Origin: Psammoneis japonica
Taxonomy: Eukaryota
DNA: 64,000 nt
Assembly (NCBI GenBank): GCA_008632985.1
Contig: QPGO01000116.1
Coordinates: 62,001 to 126,000 of the forward strand
Direction: 5' to 3'
The notes beneath the pieces were generated by a model. The model did not search any database, had not been told where the DNA came from, and saw only the letters and a list, made by a program, of their open reading frames with translations. Positions 1 through 11,651 of the stretch are shown one piece after another (the first letter of the stretch is position 1; every line of letters begins with the position of its first letter). Position numbers and translations under genes: made by a program.

Positions 1-47
1 TGACGTCGAAGAAAAATCACAGCTGTTGAAACGAATTAGAAGAAAAG

Positions 48-470
48 ATGCGTGGACTCGAAGCGATTGTTTGCGACAAGTACGGCTGCACTTATGCAGA
101 GGCGAAAGAAATGATTTCAGAAGCTAAGGCTTCCTTGAACGTGGAGGATGTGACCAAGAGCCAAGACGAGATGCTCACGAAGATTGGAGAGCTGTGGGAG
201 GAGCGCAAGCCATCTGACGAAGAACTCGAGGCTCGCAAGGACGAAAGGACTGATTCTACCAGGAAAGCCTTGGATGACCAGTTGGCGCATGCTCAGGAAA
301 AGAGGGAGAAGGGAAATCGCGACTGGTTCTGCTGCCTCACCTTGGGAGTATACCCCTGGTGCAGCAAGAAGAGGAGCCCCATTAAGGAGGACTTCGATAA
401 AAGAGTTGAGGACCACAAGAAGCGTGCCGACGCCGCCCCTGAGAAGCAGGAAGAAGCTGTTGAAAACTAA
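48..470 (+). CDS. Hypothetical charged/helical protein (140 aa)
   Basis: ATG-initiated ORF with protein-like E/K/D-rich composition and a short Cys cluster (WFCCLTLGVYPWC); no family recognised. Confidence 0.55.
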   Translation: MRGLEAIVCDKYGCTYAEAKEMISEAKASLNVEDVTKSQDEMLTKIGELWEERKPSDEELEARKDERTDSTRKALDDQLAHAQEKREKGNRDWFCCLTLGVYPWCSKKRSPIKEDFDKRVEDHKKRADAAPEKQEEAVEN

Positions 471-1289
471 GTGCAGCGGATGTAGGTATTGCACCCAGGG
501 CCAGTGTATGACTGGCGCTTGGTTCTTGCAGAGACATTTTTGTCTATGACTCAATGTTGTCGATGATATATATGTAGTTTGTGTTTGTCGGTGTTTTGTT
601 CACTCTGTAAGATATGTGAGTCACAATCCGACTAGGTAGTAGTTTTTAAAGATAATGTGTGAACTTTCAGCCTCACAATTGGGTACAGTGACGGTCGATA
701 CTCGATACATTCAACAAACGAAGATCGGAGAAAACTGCCTAACACAGACTGCAGTAAAATCCTCATACCTGTACGCAACAATATCATTGTCTCTAGGTCA
801 ATACCTCCCAAATTGAAGTACTGTCAAGCGAAAACAGTCAGGGAGAGGCAGATGACATGCCGCGTTCGTCACCACACACCACACCCCACACCCACCACCA
901 TTGGGCCTGGAGATGATCGTCTGATTCAGCAGGCCCCATGAAATGGACGGCCTGCTTTCTTATCGCAATCTTTCATCAAAACAGACCCAAATGAGTTCGT
1001 CCTATCGGTATCCGGTACGTTATGGTAGTCTAGGATTACGTCGTCGGAAAATGGAGCTATCCGAGAGACGGATTAGAAAGTTCTGTCTGTCATCGGTTCA
1101 CTTGCCTGAAGTCTGCTCAGCTGTCGGGAGTCGTCGAGTTGGGCGCCCCAGCCTGCAACCCCGCCTGCAAACGACATCGACCAAATAGGCCTACAGTACG
1201 GTACTAACAACCTTAGAGGGCCCTCCCTGGAGGTGTCTTGGCTAGGGATGCTAGTAGTCTAGAGCAGAGCTATGGTAGGACTAGATCTC

Positions 1290-1292
<3 letters not shown>

Positions 1293-1330
<38 letters not shown>
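1293..1330. repeat. (CT)n microsatellite
   Basis: About 19 perfect CT units. Confidence 0.95.
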
Positions 1331-1332
<2 letters not shown>

Positions 1333-1655
1333 AGTTGGGACCCTAAGAGTAATTCGACATGAGTTACGTTTTCTTTTTAGAGAGCAGAAGTCTCTCTCTC
1401 TGATGCCATTGTTCAGCCATATTTACGTCGATTTAGACTGTGGCCATTGCTCTCTAACTTTTAGCATTGGCCCGGCATACCTTCAGCGGAAGCAAATACT
1501 AGGTAGAGTAGACGAGCAAAGATGCGGCAGGGGCACCGCAGCTCTGAGAATAAAAGAACTGTCCAAGTACCCGGTTCACACATATCCCAGCTAGAAACTT
1601 GAGAATAACTCATGGTATTACAAAAAATTATCCTGAATATCATTATCTCTGCGAC

Positions 1656-2456
1656 TTACGCAGTCTCTCCATCCTTATTCTCCTCCTTGATTGTAAAAAT
1701 CTTTTCTTCTTCTGGTGTATCGTCCTTGAGTAGATTCTTAACAATGTTGAGCACAGACTTTGTCGACTTTCCCTCAATGGTACGTCGGAACCGTTCCTCA
1801 TTCACGTCCACGCCGCCAATGCTCTCGATGCGACGCATCAGTTTCTCAGCTTCTTCCCCGTCAATCGTGGAAGATCCGTCCTTATCCGTACGCAGAATAA
1901 CATCCAGCAGGTTCTGTAAGACACTCGTTTTGACCTGGTTCTGCATCTCTTTCAAAATCTCACGATTCTCAGCCACTTGTCCCTCAAAAGTGGCGATCGA
2001 TTGACCCTGCGTTTTGGTGATCATGTCCAATGCCTCTTCTACATCCTCCAAACGCTCCACAGAAGATGACAAGTCATTAATAGACCGTTCTAAACGTTCG
2101 TTCTCTGCGTGTAAGCGATCGACTTCCACTTGAATCGCTTCGTGCGTTTCCTTTAGCGCTGCAATGTCCGTCAAGCGCGTCTGCTGCCAGTACGAGTAAG
2201 GCCCCATAATACTGCTAAAAATACCTGCAACAATGACAATACCAGAGCGCTCCACAATTATAGCAGCTATAGACGTCGCCACCGCAGCTCCACCAACAAT
2301 GCCAGCAGCACGCTCTCGTGGAGTCGTTTCAGCAATGGGTTTCAGGGGACCGCGTTCTTCTGGTTCTGGAGGGAGATTGACACCGCCAGCAGAAGGGGCG
2401 CTACCGACAGCTCCCATTTCAACGTCGCCCGTCTCGGCGAGGGGTTGAGCGCTCAT
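1656..2456 (-). CDS. Membrane protein with two TM segments, coiled coil and EF-hand-like loop
   Basis: Long ORF, likely start MSAQPL; hydrophobic stretch AAGIVGGAAVATSIAAII/IVIVAGIFSSIMG; heptad-rich region; DKDGSSTIDGEE resembles an EF-hand loop. Confidence 0.75.
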   Translation of the reverse strand: MSAQPLAETGDVEMGAVGSAPSAGGVNLPPEPEERGPLKPIAETTPRERAAGIVGGAAVATSIAAIIVERSGIVIVAGIFSSIMGPYSYWQQTRLTDIAALKETHEAIQVEVDRLHAENERLERSINDLSSSVERLEDVEEALDMITKTQGQSIATFEGQVAENREILKEMQNQVKTSVLQNLLDVILRTDKDGSSTIDGEEAEKLMRRIESIGGVDVNEERFRRTIEGKSTKSVLNIVKNLLKDDTPEEEKIFTIKEENKDGETA

Positions 2457-2896
2457 TGTGTTTGTGATTGGGGGGCTTGATCCTGCGGCGTTGCGTTGTA
2501 GTGTCGGTGACAGCAAGCACTCGGGGCCGTCATTGAGCGAGGCACGCAGAAATCAGCAGGCAGCAGAAATCCACCTCAGTACAAATTCTACGTGAAAATT
2601 GAGTAGCGGCGGTACCCATCATTTTTTTTTCTTCGTTCAAATCGCCGTCGAAATGATTGACATGCGAATCCTAATGTTTTGAATCCTTTGGTTTCCGTTG
2701 AAAATACATCATCCATATTCGTATTTATTTTAATTATTTGGATCTTTTTCTTTTTCTTCGATCCAGCGTAATTTCGAAAAAAAGATCGCGTTCGTCACGT
2801 GACAGCACAACAACAACAGCAACAAGCAACAACTCTGCGAACCACAAAAAGCGGGATCGACCAAAACGAAAAGATACGCACTCCATCGTTGACACC

Positions 2897-3928
2897 ATGA
2901 AGACTGCTACCTTCACCACCACCATGGGCGACGTTTAAGGCCGAGCTCTATGATGATAAAATGCCAATCACGTGGTAGGTGTTTGCAATAGTCTGTATTT
3001 GAAGATTGATTCGAACGAACCTTTTCTGTACTTCTTGTACTCGTCAGTCGTACGCTGGCTCTCACCTTACCCCAACTCTTCTGTCGTACCTGTGCACTGA
3101 ATGCCGTTCCGTAGTGGAAACTTTATCGATCTTGCAAACAGTGGTTTCTATGACGGAATGTAAGTCAAAGAAACATCTTGAATGTCGATGACTAGAAGGA
3201 AAGAATCATTCGTAGAGCGTCACTCACGGTTCTTGTCTTCTCTCTCCTTGGTATGAATCGTGCTTTCAATTTTCAGCACTTTCATCGCGTCATTGTAAGT
3301 CAAAGTAGCGCATCGCATGTCGATGATTACGTGTAAATAGAGAACGAACAAACTCGTAGAGTGTGACTCACGCTTCTGCTTTCTCTCTCTTGTGTGATTC
3401 GTACAATTTTCAGCCAAACTTTATGAATCAGTTTGGTTGCCCTTATGCCAAGACCCCAACTCTCCCCGTGCCGGTACCGGTGGTCCATCTCCAAACACCA
3501 CTTTTCAGGGGACAGATGGAAAGACTTACCAGCGCAACCGCGACGGTGGTATTCCCGATGAGGTGGGGCAGCCTCATCAGCGCATCACCAACGAGCCAGG
3601 AACGCTTTCCATGGCCAACACGGGACAACCCGAGAGCGGAGGATCCCAATTCTTTATCAACGTTGCTCACAACAACTTCTTGGATTGGTTCGATAGCTCC
3701 ACTCCCTCTGCCCATCCCGTCTTTGGAAAGGTAGGTAGTACTTTCAGTTTTGTTTTCGTGCTGTCGCAATTAGTGTATGCTTGTTCTCTTTCTCACCATT
3801 TTTCATGTTTCTCTTTCTCCTCTTAGGTGACGGAGAACTTTGAACTCGTCCAACAAATCTCCAAAGTTCCAACCCGCAACGACAATCCTGTCACTCCCAT
3901 CAAGATGATTTCGGTCCGTGTCGCTTAG
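2897..3928 (+). CDS. Cyclophilin-type peptidyl-prolyl cis-trans isomerase (5 exons; two apparent 1-bp indels)
   Basis: Motifs [53 protein letters not shown]; exons ~2897-2974, 3115-3159, 3277-3294, 3414-3730, 3827-3928; frame breaks at ~2920-2935 and ~3160. Confidence 0.9.
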
Positions 3929-5268
3929 AACTCGTTCAAGTCATGAATCGGGACTTTAGGGGGTATTAAGTAGACTAGCGTGTTTAGGGAATGCGTCCCG
4001 TGCGATCCAAGGCATGTTGGCGCAACGTACTTGATAGGAGCGCAGCTTGTGCATGTTTTAGGTAAAATCATAAGAAGTAGAAGTGTTCTTCAAACTGCGA
4101 GCGCAAAGCAAATTAATCTGTCAGGGGTATTTTTTCCGCAAAGCCCGCTCTATTGTTCAAAGGACATGCACAACGCGTCTGTTTCCCTGCGCTCTCGGTA
4201 GTAATGGTCCGGCACTGTTGATGTTGCACTCCACGATTCTACTATACTGTAACTGACACCGGCTTGGAACGGACTGTAAGGACAAAAAAGGATTTTGCTT
4301 TGCTTCTTTTAGAGCGTGTACTGCTGACTAAGAATACTCGCGATGAGCGGGACCGGCGATTGACAACGACGTCTGTTGCCATAAAAGGCAGCCTTTTCAA
4401 TGTTCCGAACAGCATTGATTTCATAGTTCTAATGCGTTCATCTGCCGCTATTATGAATATAGCTAATGAAACATTTCGTCTTCGTTCGATTATTCCTCCG
4501 CCACACCGCATTGCCAATAAACACAAGAAAAGAACTCGAGGAAAGTCTCCCTCAAAAACGATCGACACGATTGCATCCGCCATTTGGTAGCTGAAGAGGT
4601 CCTTCGTCACTCATGGGGCTGCTCCAAAAGCAATCCAACAATCAGGCCGCTGCATAAATCTACGGAAATCCTGATGCTCCAGCAGAGACGGGCACAACGG
4701 AAACTCTGCGCAACTTCTCATTCAGCGTGACGTGTCCATGTGTTGCAGCGACAATTTCGGGTGTTGTGAATCAAAGCCATGAACTTCTTGACGTCATCCA
4801 AGATGAAGCCATTTCTATCTATGCGTACGTAAAAATAAACGAGAGCGTATAGGAGAACAGTGCCAGTGGCATCAACTTGACGTACGCCTCCGGTGAAGCA
4901 TTCAAGAATGTGTAGACCAAAGTTCCCGCAGGAGTCGCCACCCACTGTGGTTACACGGCGTAACTTCAGCAATAGCCTACTCGGCAGCTTTATCTACCGC
5001 CTGTACCTCAAACAAGCACCAACCTTTTTCTCTGGATGCAGGACTCTTTTGACGTGCGTCTTGAGACGCAGCTTAGAATATGCGTGCGTCGGGTAGAGCC
5101 TCTAAACGAAGAAAACTTAAAAGCCAGCTAAGGATGATTTTCTTACCGATCAATGAGAGAAACAGATAACTCGGCATCTGTCGTTGGTCTCAGTTTTCAG
5201 CATGGCTTCACTGGAGCTGTACTATAACAACGATCGGGACGATTATTGGGCCGCAGCTTGATTCGACT

Positions 5269-5996
5269 TCAAAACCAGCATAGATATATAACAATACATG
5301 TCACAACCATACCGGCAAACACGAGATATGCATCGGTAATGTCTCGTCGCTCAATAATTCGCATCGTTGTATTGGACAGATCCAATCGATTACCAATGTC
5401 AACAATATATTGCTTCACACCGCGAAGTTGTCCTCTTTGATAGGCCAAACTCGAGAGGTTGGACTGTGCACTACCAATAAGATCGTCCACCATTACCTGA
5501 CTCTGTTGTAAAGACTGTCCTTCTTCTGCCAAGTTGTTCAAATCACTGTTATTTTCCGGTTGCACGCGTCTCCGTCGCAGAAGCTCATTTCGCTCTTGTA
5601 CGTGCCTTACATTCGCATTCACCATGGTATCATAATGTTGAGCCTGCCGCTGAATGGATGATGCATCCTCGCGTAGTTCCAATATTTTTCGTTTCCATCC
5701 CTCCCGTTGGGCTGGTGTTTCTTGCTGCACCAGAACTTCCATCATGTCAAGCTGCCTCGACAACTCATCCAGGGACAAAAACAACTCTGACGAATGCAGG
5801 ATACCGTTCTGGACCTGTCGTAGCTGCTGGCGCGAGTCATAAGCCAACTTGCGACACTTGGGAAAGAGCTATACCATATGGGGAGGAAGCACAGCCCGGT
5901 ATGCAGTTAGCACGAAGAAAGGAATGAGCGAGCAAGAAAAAGAGTTCAGAGTACCTTTTAGCTTCTATTTTGTCTTACCTCTCCAATAGACGTCAT
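5269..5996 (-). CDS. Qb-SNARE, membrin/GOSR2/Bos1-like
   Basis: Exon 1 MTSIGE (5996-5979), GT-AG intron, exon 2 from 5868; SNARE-like C-terminus LDLSNTTMRIIERRDITD followed by a tail anchor. Confidence 0.85.
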
Positions 5997-6351
5997 TAGA
6001 CTCGTGTTGTGCTGAAGTCTCTGGTTGGTATTTCTGGGAAAGCTTAGTGAAGTGCTTTCGATTTCCTTCGTCGCAATCCTTTGCTTTAGTCTTGGTTCGT
6101 GGTTCGTCGTCGGTTGTGAGTTCAGACTTGTGCGCCACGCCCCCACACCGCTCATCCCCAATCCGCGAACAACACGGTCATAGTCTGGTGTGCTAAATGC
6201 TCTCGCCCGCCCAAGCAAGCCAATCAATCAACCAAACGACTAAAGCAAAGTACGCGTATTCATAGGTTCTTCGCTGCTCTCCATAAACTTGATTTATCAA
6301 CTACTTTAACATAAAACTGTAGTTGTACGAGTAACCGACTTCTCAGTGGAT

Positions 6352-8341
6352 CTACTGGTTCGTCTTGTCCATCACATCATCTGCTCGTCGACCCACCACA
6401 TGGATTGCAAGGACAGTACAGTCATCGGGCATTCCTCCACTCCACATAATGTCATTTTCCTTGGCAAGGCAAGCAAAGGGCGAATCAACGGAGCTGTCAA
6501 GACTGTTTTCTCGGGCCTTTTGACAAAGCGCTGCTCCGAGGTCTCCAACAGTTTCCGCCGAAAGCACCGAGAGTGAATTGCCCATGGCCCATCGCTTTTC
6601 TCTTGCTACAATGTCTCCTCCTCGAATAAATCCATTTTGCTGCTCCCAATCAAGTGCAATGGCTGCAATGTCATCTACATCAACATTATCAAACAGCCCG
6701 TCCGTCGCCATGATAATTATATCTCCCCGTCTTACGTGGATCGATGTCGTACAGGAATCAGAAGCAGACTTGAAGGATGACTTCTCGTCCTCGATCTCTT
6801 CTCCAGTCCATCCCAATTGAAAGGGATGGTTAAAAGAAATGAGCTGCTGCTGCGACACAAAGGCAACTCTCATATCCGAAGTTCTTTTTTCTCGTGGCGT
6901 AGATCTGTCACGCTTGAGCGCCCCGGCAATGTCCGAATCAATGTGTCGCAGCACCACAACACCAGAATCTCCGAGATTGGAAAACTGAAATTGATGGTTG
7001 ACGCTGTCAAAGAGCGCAACGCACGCTGTGGTCGACCCGATAATGTCGTGTGCCTTGACTCGCTTATACGCTTGTGCCATGACTTCAGCAGGGGTCACCA
7101 AGTGGCGAAACTTATCACCATTCAGTCCCAAAGCCGCAGGACCCGTCATGGATGCGTCAAGCAAGGCGTTTTCGCACTCCTCCATGAGCTTGTGAGAAAA
7201 CTCGCGTGGATCCACGCCGTACTCTCGCCAGCTGCCAACGCCGTCCGCGACGCCCATGTAGGTTACATCGTGCCGTTCACCCGACGCATCAGGCAGCTCG
7301 ACGGTAGTAACAAAGTGAGCATCCTCGGACCACTCTGGATCGGTAGGGAATTCCTGTGGACCAAAGTCTAATAAGGGAGTGAAAGGATCAGCGAACTGAA
7401 CATGGGAAAAGCAAGAAAAGGTATATAGTTCATTTCTTCAGTCTCACCTCTGTGGTTCATTCCGCATCCGTCAGGCGTCTTGAAGGGATGAGGCAACTCA
7501 GCGGCTCCCACATTAACAAAAAGTGGCGACTGTTTTTTCTCTAGGCTCACATGGGCTTTCAAGTATGCAGGTGGTTCCGCCATGCTGGTATTTGCACCCA
7601 ATCCTACTCGTTCAGAAACATTTCTCAAAAAGCTTGTTTTCCCTCCGCGATCTTTCGCTTCCAGTCCAAAGTCAGACATGTCTCGGGCTGTAATAAGACC
7701 CTCCACTTGTCCCTCTTTGCTTAGAATAGGCAGACACTTGATTCCGAGCTTGGCCATGATGGTTCGACACATTCCAATCGTTTCTTCCGGTCGGCCATAA
7801 ACCACCTGTGAAATCGGCGTCATGACAGAAGCTACTTTGGTATCTATTACTTGATCTGCGCTCTCTCCATCCTTGAGACCAGCTGAAATAATACGAAGTA
7901 GGTCTCTCGAAGTCAATAGCCCCATAACTCGTCGGTCCTTATCCACCACCATCATACCGCTCAGGCCACCTTCGATGCAAATCGTAACAACTTCGCGTAC
8001 CGTCGCGTCAACATCAATCACGGGATCAACCCATCGCATCGAGTGCTTGCAGCTAGTACATCCGAGATTGGAACTTCGGATAACCGACGGCGCTTGATTT
8101 CTTCGTGGTGTTCGTCTTGCTTTCCCAATCGAACAGCTGCACGAGGGTGCGTATCAGTGTCTTCGGCGGCTTCTGGTTGCGGTGCAGATGAGAATGTTCG
8201 ACCTGTTTTCGACGATAATTGATGATAATCTTGGAGAAGTTGACATGCACGAATAGGACGTGTCTTGCATATTCTATTCAGGGAAGAAACAATCATGGAA
8301 TTGCCCAGCGGCCGCAGTCTCATTGCCGCTGACGACGCCAT
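6352..8341 (-). CDS. CBS-domain pair fused to a PTC7-like PP2C phosphatase, probable organellar presequence
   Basis: CBS motifs (VVDKDRRVMGLLTSRDLL; LPILSKEGQVEGLITARD); PP2C motifs EDA, GVADGVGSW, NLGDSG, ATDGLFDN, GGMPDDCTV; intron 7447-7368; one frameshift near 8050. Confidence 0.9.
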
Positions 8342-8536
8342 GGTCAACAGTGAGAAAAAGCGAAGTGCCGTCGGAAGATTTGCTGTAGATTCAATACCGG
8401 GGTTACGTGTGGCGCAAGCATTCTTCTTTTTACGTGAAAATGTACGCAGAAATCGTACGGAGAGGCATTCTTTGAGGTGGGCAGTAGGACAGACGAAAGT
8501 GGTCTGTACGTACGCTCCTCACCGGTCGGTACAGTA

Positions 8537-9174
8537 CTACGAATTGCTGAACAATTGCGCGATTCACGTGCCCGAACGATGATTGTTGCTTCGGGCACGA
8601 AATTCGAGCTTCGCGCACGTAGAAACCGTAGAAAATGTACGAGCATTCGAGAATGTCCGATTTGTGTAGATCACGTAGCACAGTACCACGAGGTCATTTG
8701 ATGAAATTCCCTCGACGACTCATACGACTACAATGAGATTTTCTATACCATGTGCTATGTAGAATGGACATCTGCGCGAAGGGAGAATGTTGCTTCGGGC
8801 AACGATACTACGAATTGCTGAACAATTGCGCGATACACGTGCCCGAAGGGTGATTGTTGCTTCGGGCACGAAATTCGAGCTTCGCGCACGTAGAGTCCGT
8901 AGAAAATATACCAGCATTCGAGAATGTCCGATTTGTGTAGATCACGTAGCACAGTACCACAGAGGTCATTGATGAAATTACTGCAACGACTCATGCGACT
9001 ACAATGAGATTTTCAATACCATATACTATGTAGAATGGACATCTGCGCGAAGGAAGAATGTTGCTTCGGGCAACGATATTCGACCTTCGGGCACGTGTAT
9101 CGCGCAATTGTTTTGCAATTTGTAGTATTCGACCTTCGGGCACGTGAATCGCGCAATTGTTCAACAATTCGTAG
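8537..9174. mobile_element. 318-bp MITE (outer copy) with ~40-bp TIRs and TA target-site duplication, interrupted by a second copy
   Basis: TA|CTACGAATTGCTGAACAATTGCGCGATTCACGTGCCCGAA ... TTCGGGCACGTGAATCGCGCAATTGTTCAACAATTCGTAG|TA (1 mismatch); TA at 8535-36 and 9175-76; a TA TSD is typical of Tc1/mariner derivatives. Confidence 0.9.
8808..9125. mobile_element. 318-bp MITE (inner copy) inserted at an internal TA of the outer copy
   Basis: Flanked by TA at 8806-07 and 9126-27; its TIR variant GCGCGATACAC matches at both of its own ends. Confidence 0.9.
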
Positions 9175-9410
9175 TAGCTCTCGAACTCATCGAGCTTCTT
9201 TCTACTAGCTAGCTACTCTCTACTCTAGTAGTAGAGCTAGAGGAGAGAGGAGAGTAGATAGGGCCCTCTAGTATTAGGTAGCTCTATCTATACTCTCTCT
9301 AGAGAGGTATGCTTTAGCTTTGAGCTCTCTTTAGTATACCTGTATTTGGAGAAAGCTAATCCTGCACACTTATTCTCCTCTCTCTAGCTAGGAATCATCA
9401 AAATCACCGG

Positions 9411-11651
9411 TCAAGACCTGTATGATCTTGGAGTATGGACATTGCGAGTCCACGCAGACGGCAACTCGTCGATGGTCACGTCCTCTCGCCAATAAAACCC
9501 CTTGCCAAGTAGATCGTCGTAAGTTTCGGGAGACGCTGAAAACTTTAACTGCGTCATGACCGTGTCTGCAACCTTTCCTCGACAACAGCAATCCTCAAAG
9601 AACTTTCGCGTATATTCGTCTCGTCGAGAGTCTTGTCGTAGCAAAAGCCGAGAGCATGCTCTCAGGAGCGTACTAAAGGTCAATGGATCTGGTTCAACGT
9701 GTTCGCGGAGCAGCTCATAAATCTTCAACAGGATACCAAATGTTTCCTCTTGCTGTTCACCATTTCCATTGTAAAAAGCACAAGCGTTCAAGGCTGCGTT
9801 AAAGGCGGGTGTGTTGGGTTTGCATCCGCCATGATTTTGAAAAGCCGAAAGCATTTCTTGCAACAGCAAAAGCGCTTTCTTGGCCTTGTGTCGAGAGTCG
9901 CTCTTTGCATATGCGCTAATGACAGCCGTGTACGAGTAGTTATCGGGCTTCAATGTAGGATTATCGACTGATCGTCCCTTGAGCTTGTGTAGTACTTCCT
10001 CTGCAAGTTGTGCATGGTGTTCGTCTCGTTTGTTAGCAAGAGCCTTGATGACGGTATTGTAAGTAATTCGATCTGGGTCAACAATGTCATCATTTTCCTC
10101 CATTTCGGCCAAGATAGATTGCGCACGTTCAACACCCTTCTCTCTGCTTCTCGAGATGGACCAAGCATTGATAACAGCATTGTACACTGAGATGCGCGGT
10201 GCTTCGCCTCCATGCTTTTCATGTAATTCTTTCATCCGTTCCATGAGATGCTCGGATTGTAGTGCTGCGTCAGGTCGCTTACAGCGAACAAAGCTGTCAA
10301 TGGCAGAGGAATAAGTGTAGCTGTCAGGCATACTTCGGTTGTTTCCCTTGCGAAACTCCCTCTCCATGGAACTCAGCAAATCCATGACTCGCTCCGGGGC
10401 ATCTCGTCTCCCGCTCTTGGCCCAGCCATCAATAATAATATTGCTGCTAATCGTATCTGGTTTGACCTTGTATTTGCTCATGATGCGTCGAAGCTCCGGC
10501 ACCTTTTGACGATGCCCTTGCTTGGTGAATGCAGCAAAAGCAGTGTTGAAGGTTATTCTGTCTGGCTTGGCTGATTGATTTCCAGAGGCGTAGCACTTGT
10601 CCATGAGTCTAAGGACTTCTTCCATTCGCAGCAAAGCTTCTGGATTCTTCGATTTCAGCCAACATCCAAGCACGGCGTTGAATGTATCTGTATCTGGCTC
10701 CAACGTGTCATCCGCCATGAGTTTCTCGAAAATTGAGGTGGCACGGTGTTCAAATCCAGACTTGCGTCCACGAGCAATAGATGTAATCACTTGTTTGTAA
10801 CTGTTGACATCTGGCTTGACACGTACATTCCCAGCCGCATACATGGATTCCATTTCTTCCAATATCTCTAAAGCTCTATCTTCATCATCGTCCATAATGT
10901 TGTTTGCCAGAGCATACAACAGCAAGTTATACCCTCGTACACTAGGTTGTATGGCTTTCCCCTCCTCTAGTCCAAAGGCTTTCATTCTATCCATGATTGC
11001 TTCTGCCTTGGCTACAGCATAGCGCCGTCTGCCGCCCTTGACCCACGCCTTGATGACGCCGTTGTAGCTATCTTCATTCGGTCGAACTCGCTTATTGCCT
11101 TGGCCATACATGGTTTCCATTTGCGTCAATATATCTTCTGCTCTTTGCGCTGCTCCATCTTCATCTGACATGGACCATGAATCAATCACAATGTTATACA
11201 CCATGGTATCAATCGTAAAACAGTCGTTTCCCGCATCCCGTTCATCCACCAGTCTCCGCAGAATGCGCTCGACAACGTGCGGTGCCTGCGAGTGGGACTT
11301 TGAGCTTCGTCTTGCCCACGTTTTCATGACAGCAATGCCTTCTAGTACCATGGATGGAGTCATATGGCCCAACGGAGGAGCGGAGTCGCCCAGAAAGGAG
11401 GCAGTGTGTCGAATTAGCCAATCCATTTCTTTGGCATCGCGTTCATCTGAATCAATCAACGGGTTTTTCTTTCTTCTTTGCTTTTTGCTTATCCTAGGTT
11501 CTGAAGCAGTCATCGACATGAATCTTCTTGTACTTGATCGAATAGCGTATTGCTGTTGACCATATGGTGTTAACGCCAGGCATGATGCGTTTCTGGTCGT
11601 CAGCAGAGACAACACCGAAATCACAGTCACGACATGTCGTGAGGGTTTCAT
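9411..11651 (-). CDS. Pentatricopeptide repeat (PPR) protein, probably organelle-targeted
   Basis: Many ~35-45 aa repeats (VYNIVIDSW, PNEDSYNGVIKAW, PDTDTFNAVLGCW, PDRITYNTVIKAL, PDNYSYTAVISAY); likely start MKPSRH with a hydrophobic N-terminus. Confidence 0.92.
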   Translation of the reverse strand: MKPSRHVVTVISVLSLLTTRNASCLALTPYGQQQYAIRSSTRRFMSMTASEPRISKKQRRKKNPLIDSDERDAKEMDWLIRHTASFLGDSAPPLGHMTPSMVLEGIAVMKTWARRSSKSHSQAPHVVERILRRLVDERDAGNDCFTIDTMVYNIVIDSWSMSDEDGAAQRAEDILTQMETMYGQGNKRVRPNEDSYNGVIKAWVKGGRRRYAVAKAEAIMDRMKAFGLEEGKAIQPSVRGYNLLLYALANNIMDDDEDRALEILEEMESMYAAGNVRVKPDVNSYKQVITSIARGRKSGFEHRATSIFEKLMADDTLEPDTDTFNAVLGCWLKSKNPEALLRMEEVLRLMDKCYASGNQSAKPDRITFNTAFAAFTKQGHRQKVPELRRIMSKYKVKPDTISSNIIIDGWAKSGRRDAPERVMDLLSSMEREFRKGNNRSMPDSYTYSSAIDSFVRCKRPDAALQSEHLMERMKELHEKHGGEAPRISVYNAVINAWSISRSREKGVERAQSILAEMEENDDIVDPDRITYNTVIKALANKRDEHHAQLAEEVLHKLKGRSVDNPTLKPDNYSYTAVISAYAKSDSRHKAKKALLLLQEMLSAFQNHGGCKPNTPAFNAALNACAFYNGNGEQQEETFGILLKIYELLREHVEPDPLTFSTLLRACSRLLLRQDSRRDEYTRKFFEDCCCRGKVADTVMTQLKFSASPETYDDLLGKGFYWREDVTIDELPSAWTRNVHTPRSYRS

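Noticed and set aside
2920..2940. Programmed +1 frameshift at GTT-TAA in cyclophilin
   Set aside because: Other single-base breaks in the window make an assembly error more parsimonious
4242..4972. Possible minus-strand gene or pseudogene
   Set aside because: Fragmentary ORFs with stops and no recognisable motif; cannot be supported
8344..8994. Short repeated ORFs over the MITE
   Set aside because: Incidental translations of a non-coding repeat
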